64,000 nt of DNA, taken from a virus (Duplodnaviria; Caudoviricetes). Of this stretch, positions 38,704 to 48,584 are shown piece by piece. The notes under the pieces are model-generated. The model worked only from the letters and a program-made list of their open reading frames with translations, did no database searches and was not told where the DNA came from. Position 1 is the stretch's first letter. Each line of letters opens with the position of its first letter. The stretch is taken from positions 32,001 through 96,000 of IMG/VR virus record IMGVR_UViG_3300032030_000015; one strand, 5' to 3'. The position numbers and the translations under genes were made by a program.

Positions 38704-38870
38704 AACTGGTATATATACCAACTGCCAACTGGTATATATATCAATCGACAACTGGTATATCATATCAGTTTCAAACTGGTATATCATATCAATTCCAAAC
38801 CGCTTCCCGAACCGTTTTCCAATCGGTTGCCCAACCGACTGCCAATCGCTTCGGGAACCGATTCCAAACC
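38704..38870. repeat. AACTGGTATAT x4 followed by degenerate AACCG/AATCG repeats
   Basis: Visible short tandem repeats in an intergenic gap. Confidence 0.75.
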
Positions 38871-38904
38871 CGACAATTATTCACCCAATTAAAACATTAC
38901 GACA

Positions 38905-39486
38905 ATGACGACAACTGCAAACTACATGATCAAGGCCGTGGTAGGCGGCGAGACCTACCTGTTCCAGTACGAACACTGTTACGACGCATGGGCTGCGCTG
39001 GAGCAGTTCTGGCACGAGGACTACCCCGAGACCATCGCCAGCCTGCCCGACTGTGGCACCTTCCCCATCGACATCCTCTCTATGCTCGAAGGCAAGGTCA
39101 TCGCCACCATGCCCGTAACGTTCAACGCCTGCCTCTTCGACCACTTCTTCGACAAAGGCTGGAGCGCATCGAGCCAAGAGCCCGGCCAGCGCTACACCCT
39201 CGACCAGTTCGCCAAGGACATCGCGAGGGAGCCGGACACCGCCAGGGACATCATCGCCCTGTGGAGCGACTGGTGCATGGACTACGACGACGAGAACCGC
39301 TGGCTCGACTACTTGGTGAAGCACCCCAAGGGACACTGCAACCGCCAGCACCTGCAAGACAAGTGGGACCACTGCTACGAGAAGTACGGCAACAAGGCCG
39401 CCATGCAGATGTTCTGGCGCGAACTCGACCGCAAGAACCGCGACATCCTCACCGAGTACATCACCACGCAGTGGCGGAAGAAATGA
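38905..39486 (+). CDS. hypothetical protein
   Basis: Shared leader. Confidence 0.75.
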   Translation: MTTTANYMIKAVVGGETYLFQYEHCYDAWAALEQFWHEDYPETIASLPDCGTFPIDILSMLEGKVIATMPVTFNACLFDHFFDKGWSASSQEPGQRYTLDQFAKDIAREPDTARDIIALWSDWCMDYDDENRWLDYLVKHPKGHCNRQHLQDKWDHCYEKYGNKAAMQMFWRELDRKNRDILTEYITTQWRKK

Positions 39487-39783
39487 ATAATAATCCTATA
39501 AACAGAAACAAGCATGGAATTGACAGTTTACGTCCTCAGTTACAACGCCGGAGTTCTTGGCGTGTACAAGAGTAAAAAGAAAGCGCTTCAGGAGAAATCC
39601 GAATACGAGCGCTATGACTATAAAGGCGTGAAAGTAGAAGAGTTTCACGTCTATGAGTAACCCGAGTTTAACCCCCTATAAACAGAAACAAGCATGATAG
39701 AAAATTGGATCCTTTTATTCCTCTTCTGGGCCTGCGTCATCAAGTCGGCCCTGAAATAGTATTAACATCAAAACATTACGACT

Positions 39784-40086
39784 ATGACAACAAAGACAAC
39801 CATCTGCATGTCGCCCGATGTGACAAGGACGTCCATCGACGAGCGCAATATCTATGACGGCCATCACGACATTCTGTTCCACTACCGCCACAAAGACAGG
39901 CTGGTGGCCATCACCTCTGCGTCAGGCTATCCGAGCAGAAACGAATACGACCGTATAGGAACACTCCGGCCACCTCACGCCGGAACATTCAGCAACGGCA
40001 AGCGCTCCGCATATTTCGCAAGCCTTGACGAAATGGATGCCTACATTATGAGCGAGATAGAGAACGGGTTGACACCCTATGAGTAA
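39784..40086 (+). CDS. hypothetical protein
   Basis: Shared leader. Confidence 0.65.
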   Translation: MTTKTTICMSPDVTRTSIDERNIYDGHHDILFHYRHKDRLVAITSASGYPSRNEYDRIGTLRPPHAGTFSNGKRSAYFASLDEMDAYIMSEIENGLTPYE

Positions 40087-40105
40087 ACATCAAAACATTA
40101 CGACT

Positions 40106-40561
40106 ATGAAGATTCAAACTATTGTGAGCGACATCACTCACGACGATCTGGTGAACCTCTTCGCCACGGCAACAGAGGGAAGCCCTTTCTTTGATGTCAA
40201 GAAGAGAAAGACCGACTACTACGGCACACCCCTGGAGAACGAGGGCGACTGCCGCGAAGACACATGGGCGAAGGTGCTGCTTGCAGGAAAGCCCGTCTAT
40301 GTGTATGACTACTACGCCGAGGATGCCGACGAGTTCTACGGCGACCTGCCCCACTTATGGCGACCGAAGCACGAGGCCATGCGCTACGAACTGACGCTCG
40401 AAGATATCCGCAAGGGACTGGAACGCGCCCTGTCGAGCCAGTCGGAGGTATCGAAATACGCCCGTGACCTGATGGACGAAGACGACATCATCAACTTCGA
40501 CCTCACCGAGGCCGAGAGCCTGCTGCAGTACATCGTATTCGGAGAAGTGATTTATGGATAA
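40106..40561 (+). CDS. hypothetical protein
   Basis: Shared leader; ATG at 40106. Confidence 0.7.
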   Translation: MKIQTIVSDITHDDLVNLFATATEGSPFFDVKKRKTDYYGTPLENEGDCREDTWAKVLLAGKPVYVYDYYAEDADEFYGDLPHLWRPKHEAMRYELTLEDIRKGLERALSSQSEVSKYARDLMDEDDIINFDLTEAESLLQYIVFGEVIYG

Positions 40562-40577
40562 AAACAAGTGACGACCT

Positions 40578-40931
40578 ATGAACAACTACGGATTCAAACC
40601 CACCATTCAAGACCTGAGCGGAAAGACGTTCGGACTATGGACGGTGGTGAAGATGGCCGGGCGCAACAAGAAGCGCGAGGCCCAGTGGCTCTGTCGCTGC
40701 CAGTGCGGCACGGAGCGAGTGATTTCCACCTACGACCTGAAGCACGGCAGGACTCACGGCTGCATCAGGTGTGCTCACGAAGAAGGCAGGGCAGGGAACC
40801 ATACCCAGTTCAATGCCGCTTCCAGTCTCGACAAAGTAATGACCTCCGTGGAAAGGCTCTGCGTCCACGGCATTCCTCTCCACGACGTACTGGTAAGACT
40901 TCAGGAAGAACGAGACAAACTGACGCCATGA
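40578..40931 (+). CDS. Phage HNH/AP2-associated Zn-binding domain protein with no visible nuclease domain
   Basis: DLSGKTFGLWTV...WLCRCQCG...L..G.T.GC..C. Confidence 0.7.
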   Translation: MNNYGFKPTIQDLSGKTFGLWTVVKMAGRNKKREAQWLCRCQCGTERVISTYDLKHGRTHGCIRCAHEEGRAGNHTQFNAASSLDKVMTSVERLCVHGIPLHDVLVRLQEERDKLTP

Positions 40932-41205
40932 ACTACCCAGCCTACATCGACCCCGACATGCGCCAGCTGCTCGACGCCCTCGGCACCATCATCGTGCCGC
41001 GTCGGGCAGGCCGCCGGGCCGTGTGGCGCGAGAACCCGCACAGCCCCTACTACTCACCAGGCCGCTACAAGCGAGTGGCCTGACTATTCTGCAACTTTTT
41101 CCGGAATCATGCTGCAATCTCCGAAAAAAGCATTACCTTTGCAGCAGCTACAACGAAACATTCACATTTAAGACCCCGGACTGATCGGTTAAACAGTTAG
41201 ACAAT

Positions 41206-41937
41206 ATGGCAAACGTATTTTGTATTACCTATTGCGGCCCGGCCCGCAACGGGAACACCTACACACCCTACAAGGCAATAGCCCACACGGCTGACGAAGC
41301 TATTGCAGTCATCAACACCTGGCAGACATACGGCGGCAAGCGCGACTACGCATCGCCCATCATGGTAAACGCCACGACGGAGCAGAAGATACGCGACCTG
41401 TTCCGCGACGGCTTCGGCAACTATCCCAGCGGACAGCCCCGTACCTACGTCGGGCTGCGCACCACTGGCTGCGGCGCATGGGAGATAGGTTTCCATCCCG
41501 CACTGGCTGACACTATCGAGGAGCATGAGCGTATCTACAACGAACAGCGCGAGGCAGCCAAGGCAGAGCGCAAACGACTGGCAGAAGCAGCCATACAGAG
41601 CAGACTTGCCGAACTGAATGAGCAGCGCAAGGGCTGGTATCATGCGGAGCTGACCGTCAGAGCAATGGTGTTTGCACAGCGCGGCAACGACTACATGACC
41701 GACCTGACCTTCTCAAGCAACGTCATCGCCGACAGCGGAGCAGATGCCTATGACAAAGCCCTGAAGCATGTGATGGACCACCCAGAGGAACTGACACATC
41801 GCGGCAACATGGCCACCCTCCATGCGTGGCCCGACATGACATCGCACGACTTCGACTTCACCTTCCTCGGTGTCAAGACCGACGAAGGCTACTCTCTCGA
41901 CAAGTGGAACGAATGGAAAGAGAAAGGAGAAATCTGA
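41206..41937 (+). CDS. hypothetical protein
   Basis: Own promoter TACCTTTG at 41134. Confidence 0.75.
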   Translation: MANVFCITYCGPARNGNTYTPYKAIAHTADEAIAVINTWQTYGGKRDYASPIMVNATTEQKIRDLFRDGFGNYPSGQPRTYVGLRTTGCGAWEIGFHPALADTIEEHERIYNEQREAAKAERKRLAEAAIQSRLAELNEQRKGWYHAELTVRAMVFAQRGNDYMTDLTFSSNVIADSGADAYDKALKHVMDHPEELTHRGNMATLHAWPDMTSHDFDFTFLGVKTDEGYSLDKWNEWKEKGEI

Positions 41938-42118
41938 CCGCATATGACTGAAGGAGTATATGCCATGACCCTCCGCGCCCCCAGCGGCGAGGAGCGCAAG
42001 ACCCTTGCCTGGCTGCCCAACGAAGCGGTGCGCCAGGACTTCTACCAGAAGGCCCGCAAGCGTGGCCTCGAAGTGATTGAGAATAACGAAAACGAATAAT
42101 AATTAAAACGAAACGAGT

Positions 42119-42460
42119 ATGGAAATTACATTATGGGCAGTAACATTCTGCGACTATGACCACAGTGGACCCAATCCAAAGCGTCAGTTAGATGCGTACA
42201 CACGATTATTCACGGACGAAAAGGAGGCACGAGAAGCCTACGAAGGCAGTAAGTCATTCCTCGTGGAGATGGCTGGCGAGCCGGAGCGACACGACGGGCG
42301 TTTCCCCGGAGAGAAGTTCGTGGTCGAGACCTCAGAAGAAACGGAATACCAGGACCGATGTGGTTTCGATGAGAAAGAAAGAACCGTGTTCTGGGTGAGA
42401 CGAGTGACCGACCGCCCCGAAGCCTTGTATAAGGGCGATGTGTCGCTATCCCGTTTCTAA
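42119..42460 (+). CDS. hypothetical protein
   Basis: A-rich leader; terminator at 42503-42530. Confidence 0.65.
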   Translation: MEITLWAVTFCDYDHSGPNPKRQLDAYTRLFTDEKEAREAYEGSKSFLVEMAGEPERHDGRFPGEKFVVETSEETEYQDRCGFDEKERTVFWVRRVTDRPEALYKGDVSLSRF

Positions 42461-42569
42461 GCCCTTGTGCCCTGCGCCTCTCCGCAGGATTCCATTTACC
42501 AGGCCGCCCCACACCGGGGCGGCATTTCTTATCCCCATTATTTATCCCCCCCCTAAAACAAAACGAACA

Positions 42570-43472
42570 ATGAAGAAGTATTTCTTTTTCGCAGCCGTGG
42601 CCCTCATGCTGGCCGCCTGCAGCAGTGACAACGACATGCTCACAGAGAGCGCAGTACAGAACCCCGAACCCACGCAGGTGACGCTGACCTTCAGCCCATA
42701 CCAGATGGAGGCGATGACCAGGGCCACTGTGCCCGACGGTTCTCCGTCGGGTGTGCGCCGGGCTGCCACCCGCTCCGCCACCGCCATCAGCACCCTCGTC
42801 ACCCGCCTTGACGTGTGGCTCACCGACGGCACCACCGTGCAGGACATCCACCAGGCCTCCAGCGACGACAGCTTCGGACAGCTCAGCATCACACTCGACA
42901 AGCGCAAGACCTACACCCTGACCGCCGTGGCCCACAAGTGCTCGGCAGCGGTCACCCTTGCCGACGGCATAGTGTCCTTCCCCGACACGAAGGTGCTGCA
43001 GACGTTCTTCTACCAGCAGACCTTCACCCCCGCCGAAGTCACCACCCTCTCGTGCGAGATGCAGCGCATCGTCGGCCAGTTCAAACTGCAGACTACCGAC
43101 GCCGTTCCCGACGAAGTGGCGAAGGTTATCGTCAGCACACCCCAGGCCCCGACGCAGTGGAGCACTACCGCCATCGCCGGCATCACCCCGCAGGACTATG
43201 CCGTCACCTTCTCCCCCGTCAACCGCAACGCCGAGACCGGCACCGCCGCCTTCACCATCTACGTCATTGGCTCTGACGAGGAGCACACGCGCACCATCAC
43301 CGTCACCGCCTACGACTCGGAGGATAACGTCATCCAGCAGCGCACCTTCGCCGACGTCCCCATGAAGAACGGCTACCGCACCACCTACTCCGGCCAGTTC
43401 TTCACCGACCAGCCCTTCACCGCCTCGTTTACTGTAAACGACTGGAACGACTACGACACCGTGGAGTTTTAA
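42570..43472 (+). CDS. Mfa2/FimB-like (type V fimbrial) lipoprotein
   Basis: Signal peptide plus lipobox MLAAC, TRA processing motif, YTLTAVAH, MQRIVG, VPMKNGYRTTYSG. Confidence 0.8.
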   Translation: MKKYFFFAAVALMLAACSSDNDMLTESAVQNPEPTQVTLTFSPYQMEAMTRATVPDGSPSGVRRAATRSATAISTLVTRLDVWLTDGTTVQDIHQASSDDSFGQLSITLDKRKTYTLTAVAHKCSAAVTLADGIVSFPDTKVLQTFFYQQTFTPAEVTTLSCEMQRIVGQFKLQTTDAVPDEVAKVIVSTPQAPTQWSTTAIAGITPQDYAVTFSPVNRNAETGTAAFTIYVIGSDEEHTRTITVTAYDSEDNVIQQRTFADVPMKNGYRTTYSGQFFTDQPFTASFTVNDWNDYDTVEF

Positions 43473-43606
43473 GTGAAAAGTGAACATTAAACGCCAAACA
43501 ACAATGAAAAAGAAATGATTATCCGCAATTGTACCACCAAATAATCATCAATAAAGGCTGACGAACACCGCCAGCCTTCTTTGCATTTATAAAATAGTAC
43601 GACGCA

Positions 43607-43831
43607 TCACGCGCCCTTCAGAGTGAACTCACTGAGTTCGACTGCAAAGGTACGCAATTTTTCGTTAATACGTGCAATGTTCTTCGGACTTATTTTCTTG
43701 ATGCCCGCTTTGTATTGCAGCATCTGGCTCTCGCTCATGTCGCAGATGCGGGCCAGTGCCCGGGCCGATATGTAGGGTGAAAGCGCTTCCAGCAGTTCCC
43801 CCAGATTATTGAATTGCTTATTATCTTCCAT
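43607..43831 (-). CDS. XRE-type HTH protein
   Basis: ISARALARICDMSESQMLQYKAG. Confidence 0.7.
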   Translation of the reverse strand: MEDNKQFNNLGELLEALSPYISARALARICDMSESQMLQYKAGIKKISPKNIARINEKLRTFAVELSEFTLKGA

Positions 43832-43942
43832 ATACTGTTGCCCTTGTTTGGGTTGTTTGAATTACTTATCTTACGAAAAAAAACATGAAAGAGAAAGTGA
43901 CATGGACTGAGAGCATTATTGTTGCCCTTATCTTTTTGGTAT

Positions 43943-44419
43943 TCATAGGCTGGCCAATAGAGTACTTATTACTTCGCATAGCCAATTGGTTGCTTTTGTG
44001 AGCAACGGGAGGAAGTAGCGTCCGAATAATCCAAAGAGACCACCGACAAGTCCAGCTGCAATCACGAGAATTGTCTTGGATTCTTTCAAGACTGTGAGGA
44101 ACTTGGCTAATACGTCCAGACGTTTCAGCGTTATGTCAAGCTGTTCTCCTTTCTTGATTTTCTTCAGGTACTTCTCAAACCCTATTCTCTGTGCTGCTTC
44201 GCCATCAGGAGTAAGATGTAGTTCGGCTCCCTCCCTACGAATTAAGCGATAGTCCTTTATGAGCGAATCACGAACATGGAGATAATCGCATTCAAAATCA
44301 ATATCTTCAGTATTTCCATCATAGGCATACCACTGAACATTTCCATCGCGCTCATAATTGTTATTGTCAACAAGATATTGTAGTATCTTGATGGCAATCT
44401 GTGTCTGTCTCTCTGTCAT
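43943..44419 (-). CDS. hypothetical protein with C-terminal TM segment
   Basis: wHTH-like N-terminus (LHLTPDGE); hydrophobic C-terminus. Confidence 0.7.
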   Translation of the reverse strand: MTERQTQIAIKILQYLVDNNNYERDGNVQWYAYDGNTEDIDFECDYLHVRDSLIKDYRLIRREGAELHLTPDGEAAQRIGFEKYLKKIKKGEQLDITLKRLDVLAKFLTVLKESKTILVIAAGLVGGLFGLFGRYFLPLLTKATNWLCEVISTLLASL

Positions 44420-44440
44420 ACATTATGATTTTGTTTCTTT

Positions 44441-45505
44441 TCACATCATCACAGTCCATTCCGGGTAAAAGGTATCATCATAATTCCTTGATGTGATAAT
44501 CTCAGGAATTTCTTTCACGTGCGGAAATTCATTCACAAGTTCATCCCGCATCTTTTTCAGTAAGGTACTACCAAGAATATCGGAGTTCTTTCCGCGCAAG
44601 GCTTTCTCGTACCAATCGACAAGATTCTTTTCCGTGACAATACTCTGTATTCTGCTCTTCCATCCAATCTGGCTTAACAATGCAAGTATTACGCTTGCTT
44701 CTGCTTCCTGACATACAATAACAATCCTGTCACTTGAAATTTCAGACACTATCGACTCTGCCTTTTGTACATCCAGTGTCAGATGTTTAATCTGTATTGC
44801 CGGGCCCCAGTTTGAATACATATCCAATCCTTTATCGGCTGCATTTGCAACACCGACCCTATATATTTTTGCTTTCTGTTTCGATTTACGGATATTTACA
44901 TCAATTCCCATTATCATTTTTGCGAAGTCCAAAAACTCAGAAAGGATTCCCAGTTTGTCCACATCAACAGAAACTTCTACCTGCAACCCCAGTTTCTCCA
45001 CCAACGTGGAGAAGAGAGCATAAACTATCACTTCATAAACTTTGTCCATGCTATGCCTTAGCCCGTTCTCCTTGAGAAACGTGTCTAATAGATACTCTAT
45101 ATCGAAATCCTCCGTCGTGGCAGCATTACAATAGTGAAGTATCTTGTTTAGGAGTATTTGGTTGTGTAGAAATTGCCCGTAAATATATGCTTCGACTGCT
45201 CCATTTGTACGACGGTTTTCTTTGCCAAGCAATTTGATATATTGCTGCGGCATTTGCTTTAGGAACAAACCGTCTTGGTAGTCGTTGCTGCTTGAACTCT
45301 TTGCATTGAGCAAAGCCATTGTAACTTCGTTCCTCCAGTGCTTACTGGCTATTCTGTACGATTCCAAGTTGTTCAAGTCTGCATCGCCGACAACCCTGTC
45401 ATGGTACAGGACTTCTGCTATTTGTATAGGCTTATACCAGTACGTCCTCGACTTCTTTATGATAGAATCCAATGCGTCCTTTGCTTGCCTAAGCTGTTCG
45501 TTCAT
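44441..45505 (-). CDS. HaeII-family type II restriction endonuclease
   Basis: AKDALDSIIKKSR..YKPIQIAE.LY; NAADKGLDMYSNWGPAIQIKH; overlaps the C5 MTase. Confidence 0.85.
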   Translation of the reverse strand: MNEQLRQAKDALDSIIKKSRTYWYKPIQIAEVLYHDRVVGDADLNNLESYRIASKHWRNEVTMALLNAKSSSSNDYQDGLFLKQMPQQYIKLLGKENRRTNGAVEAYIYGQFLHNQILLNKILHYCNAATTEDFDIEYLLDTFLKENGLRHSMDKVYEVIVYALFSTLVEKLGLQVEVSVDVDKLGILSEFLDFAKMIMGIDVNIRKSKQKAKIYRVGVANAADKGLDMYSNWGPAIQIKHLTLDVQKAESIVSEISSDRIVIVCQEAEASVILALLSQIGWKSRIQSIVTEKNLVDWYEKALRGKNSDILGSTLLKKMRDELVNEFPHVKEIPEIITSRNYDDTFYPEWTVMM

Positions 45506-46451
45506 TTGTTTGAATTTTATGAGTTTCGTAATTTTTCAGTGCTGCTATCATTTGGTTTGCCACCGCCTTTATAACCGGAACGGCCACCGAGTTTCCCGTC
45601 TGGTGCCTGATTTTCCCATAAGGAACTACTACCTTGAAATCTTCAGGGAATCCTTGGAAACGTAGAAGTTCTCGCTCCGTCGGTCTTCTCTCGTCATTGA
45701 TTAGAATGTAATTAGCTGATGCCCCAGCCCTTAGACATGACGAATATGGGTGTGGGGTTACAGAACCGGCCTTGTTCTCGTGAGAAATGTATGGCTTCGG
45801 ATAGTTTGGATCTTTCAGTCTCATAAGTCTGGACTCCCTGATGGCAGTCCGTACATAATACTTATCATCAACATCCTTCTCTAAAACATCTTCCAGCCTT
45901 TGCCTTTTGCATTTCGGTAACGGTTCTGGAAAACTGAACAGCACATCATCAATAAATCCCACAATAATAATCCTCTCTCTCTTCTGTGGAACTCCATAAT
46001 CAAGAGCGTTAAGAACTTTAGAATACACATTATAACCTAAAGCGGAAAGATGACTGAGTATAATCTTAAACGTGTTGCCATTATCGTGTGCGGTAAGGTT
46101 CCTTACATTCTCGAGCATGAATGCTTTGGGCTTTTTATCCCTCAGTATTCGCTCTATGTCAAAGAAGAGAGTGCCACAAGTTTCATTTTCAAACCCTTCT
46201 CTCTTACCAATAATAGAGAATGCCTGACATGGAAATCCGCCCAGGAGTATGTCGAAATCAGGTATATCCTTAGTGCTTATTTTGGTAATATCCCCTGCTG
46301 GGTGTTCACCAAAGTTTGCTTCGTATGTTTTGCAAGCATCTTCATCAAACTCCGACGAGAATACGCAATGACCGCCAGCCGACTCAAAGCCAAGCCGGAT
46401 GCCACCTATACCAGCAAACAAATCTATGAAGCTAAAATTATTCCAATCCAT
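45489..46451 (-). CDS. C5 cytosine DNA methyltransferase
   Basis: DLFAGIGG, GFPCQ, ENV, PQKRER, GNSV; ATG at 46451 right after the transposase stop. Confidence 0.95.
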   Translation of the reverse strand: MDWNNFSFIDLFAGIGGIRLGFESAGGHCVFSSEFDEDACKTYEANFGEHPAGDITKISTKDIPDFDILLGGFPCQAFSIIGKREGFENETCGTLFFDIERILRDKKPKAFMLENVRNLTAHDNGNTFKIILSHLSALGYNVYSKVLNALDYGVPQKRERIIIVGFIDDVLFSFPEPLPKCKRQRLEDVLEKDVDDKYYVRTAIRESRLMRLKDPNYPKPYISHENKAGSVTPHPYSSCLRAGASANYILINDERRPTERELLRFQGFPEDFKVVVPYGKIRHQTGNSVAVPVIKAVANQMIAALKNYETHKIQTNERTA

Positions 46452-46452
46452 T

Positions 46453-47403
46453 TTATGCTGCTTTCCTATATGTTCTATGTTCAAAATCCGTGCGGTAGGA
46501 TGCCGCTATCATTACAAGCCGCTCAAACAAGTCCTCGCCGAAGTAGCGGCGATTAAACTTGTAGCAGAACTCGTTCAGATACTCTTGCAGGAACTCCGGC
46601 TTTACACCGTGGTACATGTCGGCCAGCAGTGTCTTGGAGTTGCTGATGGCAATGTGTACCCATGGGAGCACCTTGCCTATGTCCTTCGGGTCTATGACCT
46701 GCGACTTGTGCTCCGTGAACATATCTTTGAAGTGAATGTACGAGCGATGGTCGTCAGTGGTCAGACTGCTGTCCTTTTCTATCGACTTGGCTGCAACGGC
46801 ATCTATCGTCTTTGCTTTCTCATCAGGTATCACAATCATCTTAATATGCTTTACCGACTTTGGCTTCATTCCTTTCTTTGTTTCCACGTCCACTGGCGTG
46901 CTCTCTGCAATCACCATCACTTTAGACTTGCGTTGACTGCCAACGCCAGCTTTCAGTTTCTCATCCTTCTTCTCTTCTGGTATCTCTGTAGAGAAAAAGC
47001 CCTCGTCCAGTTCGATACAGCCTTTCAGTGTGTACTTGTCGTCACGCTTGCCCATCACTGAACGCAGCTTGTGCATCAGCTCCCATACGGGTTGATAGCG
47101 GTTGTGTCCCAACTGACGCTGTAACTCTGCGGCCGATATGCTTTTCTTTGTGGCTGTCAGCAGGTGCATGGCTATGAACCAATAGCGGAACGGCAACTTT
47201 GAGCCGTGCATCACCGTGCCACTCCTGAGCGTAGTCCTATGGCGGCAGTGCTTGCACTGATACTGCTGCTTGCTCTCCAGCCACACTACATCGTGAGAGC
47301 AACAATGTTGGCACGTCACGCCTTCCTTGTCTCTCATTTCCTTAAACTTGCGACGGCAGGCCGCTTCGTCGGGAAAATACTTGTTGAACTCGAAAATCTT
47401 CAT
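46453..47403 (-). CDS. IS1595-family transposase
   Basis: Zn finger CQHC..QCKHC, HTH ISAAELQRQLG, ELDE, LTTD, YLNEFCYKFNRR. Confidence 0.95.
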   Translation of the reverse strand: MKIFEFNKYFPDEAACRRKFKEMRDKEGVTCQHCCSHDVVWLESKQQYQCKHCRHRTTLRSGTVMHGSKLPFRYWFIAMHLLTATKKSISAAELQRQLGHNRYQPVWELMHKLRSVMGKRDDKYTLKGCIELDEGFFSTEIPEEKKDEKLKAGVGSQRKSKVMVIAESTPVDVETKKGMKPKSVKHIKMIVIPDEKAKTIDAVAAKSIEKDSSLTTDDHRSYIHFKDMFTEHKSQVIDPKDIGKVLPWVHIAISNSKTLLADMYHGVKPEFLQEYLNEFCYKFNRRYFGEDLFERLVMIAASYRTDFEHRTYRKAA

Positions 47404-47556
47404 GTTACTACTATTTTATAAATGCACTGCAAAGGTAATCATTTTGATTGTAACTACCAAATCTTTTACCTATTATTTTTTATAAGATACAAAAATAATC
47501 GGGCTGTCCAGTGCGGATGCCCGAAAATTTTGGTGGTACAATTGCGGATAATCATA

Positions 47557-48480
47557 AAAAAGAATCTTTGTTCCGTATGCTGCGTCATCGTCGCAGCCAT
47601 CATGCTCGCCGCCTGCGAAAAGCCCATTCTCGACAGCGAGGACATCACACCAACTGGCAACGTAACTCTGACGTTCACCGCCACCAACAGCGACGCCAGC
47701 ACCCGCGCCGCCCCTGTTCCCGCTGGTTCTCCGGCGTGTGTGACAAGAGCCGCCACCACGAACCTCGCCCTGTACTTCCAGAAGCTCAACGTCATGCTGT
47801 TCGACGCCTGGGGCGAGAAGGCATTCAGCACCGTCAAGACCCAGACTGCCGACGACAGCGGCTTCGGCTCGCTGACCTGCCAACTGCAGGAAGGTACCTA
47901 CACCGTCGTTGCCGTGGGTCACAGCAGCATCAAAAGCGCCACCATCAAGTCGCCACAGATGGTGCAGTTTACAGCTTCGGATGGTGAAAAGCTCACCGAT
48001 ACCTTCTGCTACTGCGGCGAGATAGAGGTGGGCAACGAGGAACTGCAGCACACCTTCCAGATGCAGCGCGTCGCGGCCATGGTGCAGTTTAAGCTAACCG
48101 ACACGGAGGTGCCCGAATCGTTCACGAAGATGGTCATCGCCTACACTGGCGGCTCGGCCAACTTCAACCCCACCACCAGCGAGGGCACGACGAAGAGCAC
48201 CCAGAGCGAGAACCGTCAGCGCAGCGACACCTCGACCTACCAGGTCTTTACGTTCCCCTACATGGCCGACGTCGGCACCCTGAAGATGACCCTCACTGCC
48301 TACGACGCCGACGGTAACACCCTGCGCCAGCGCGTCTTCGAGAGCGTTCCCGTTACCCGCAACCGCATCACCACCTACACCGGCCAGTTCTTCGACGGTA
48401 CCGAGGGTAACTTCGCCCAGTCCACCTTCGGCTTCAGCGTCAATGGCGAGTGGAGCGGGGAGGATAACTACGACTTCTGA
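47557..48480 (+). pseudogene. Second Mfa2/FimB-like lipoprotein, separated from its ATG (43504-43506) by the IS
   Basis: Removing the IS and one TSD restores MKKNLCSVCCVIVAAIMLAAC. Confidence 0.85.
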
Positions 48481-48520
48481 CCATTTTCGTGACCTCACGA
48501 AAATGATACAACACACCAAA

Positions 48521-48560
48521 CGGACCAACGGCACAAGCACCGTTGGTCCGCTTTTCTTTT
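48521..48560. terminator. Terminator between convergent operons
   Basis: CGGACCAACGG...CCGTTGGTCCG followed by a T-rich tail. Confidence 0.7.
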
Positions 48561-48584
48561 CCTTTGCTTGAAAATCCCTTTTGA

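Larger units (their letters stand above)
43515..47556. mobile_element. IS1595-family transporter element with R-M passengers
   Basis: Perfect 27-bp IRs at 43515-43541 and 47529-47555; 8-bp TSD AAAAAGAA at 43507-43514 and 47557-47564; low GC. Confidence 0.9.

Noticed and set aside
47422-47556. Track N-terminus of the 352-aa ORF
   Set aside because: It reads through the IS end. The true start codon is at 43504.
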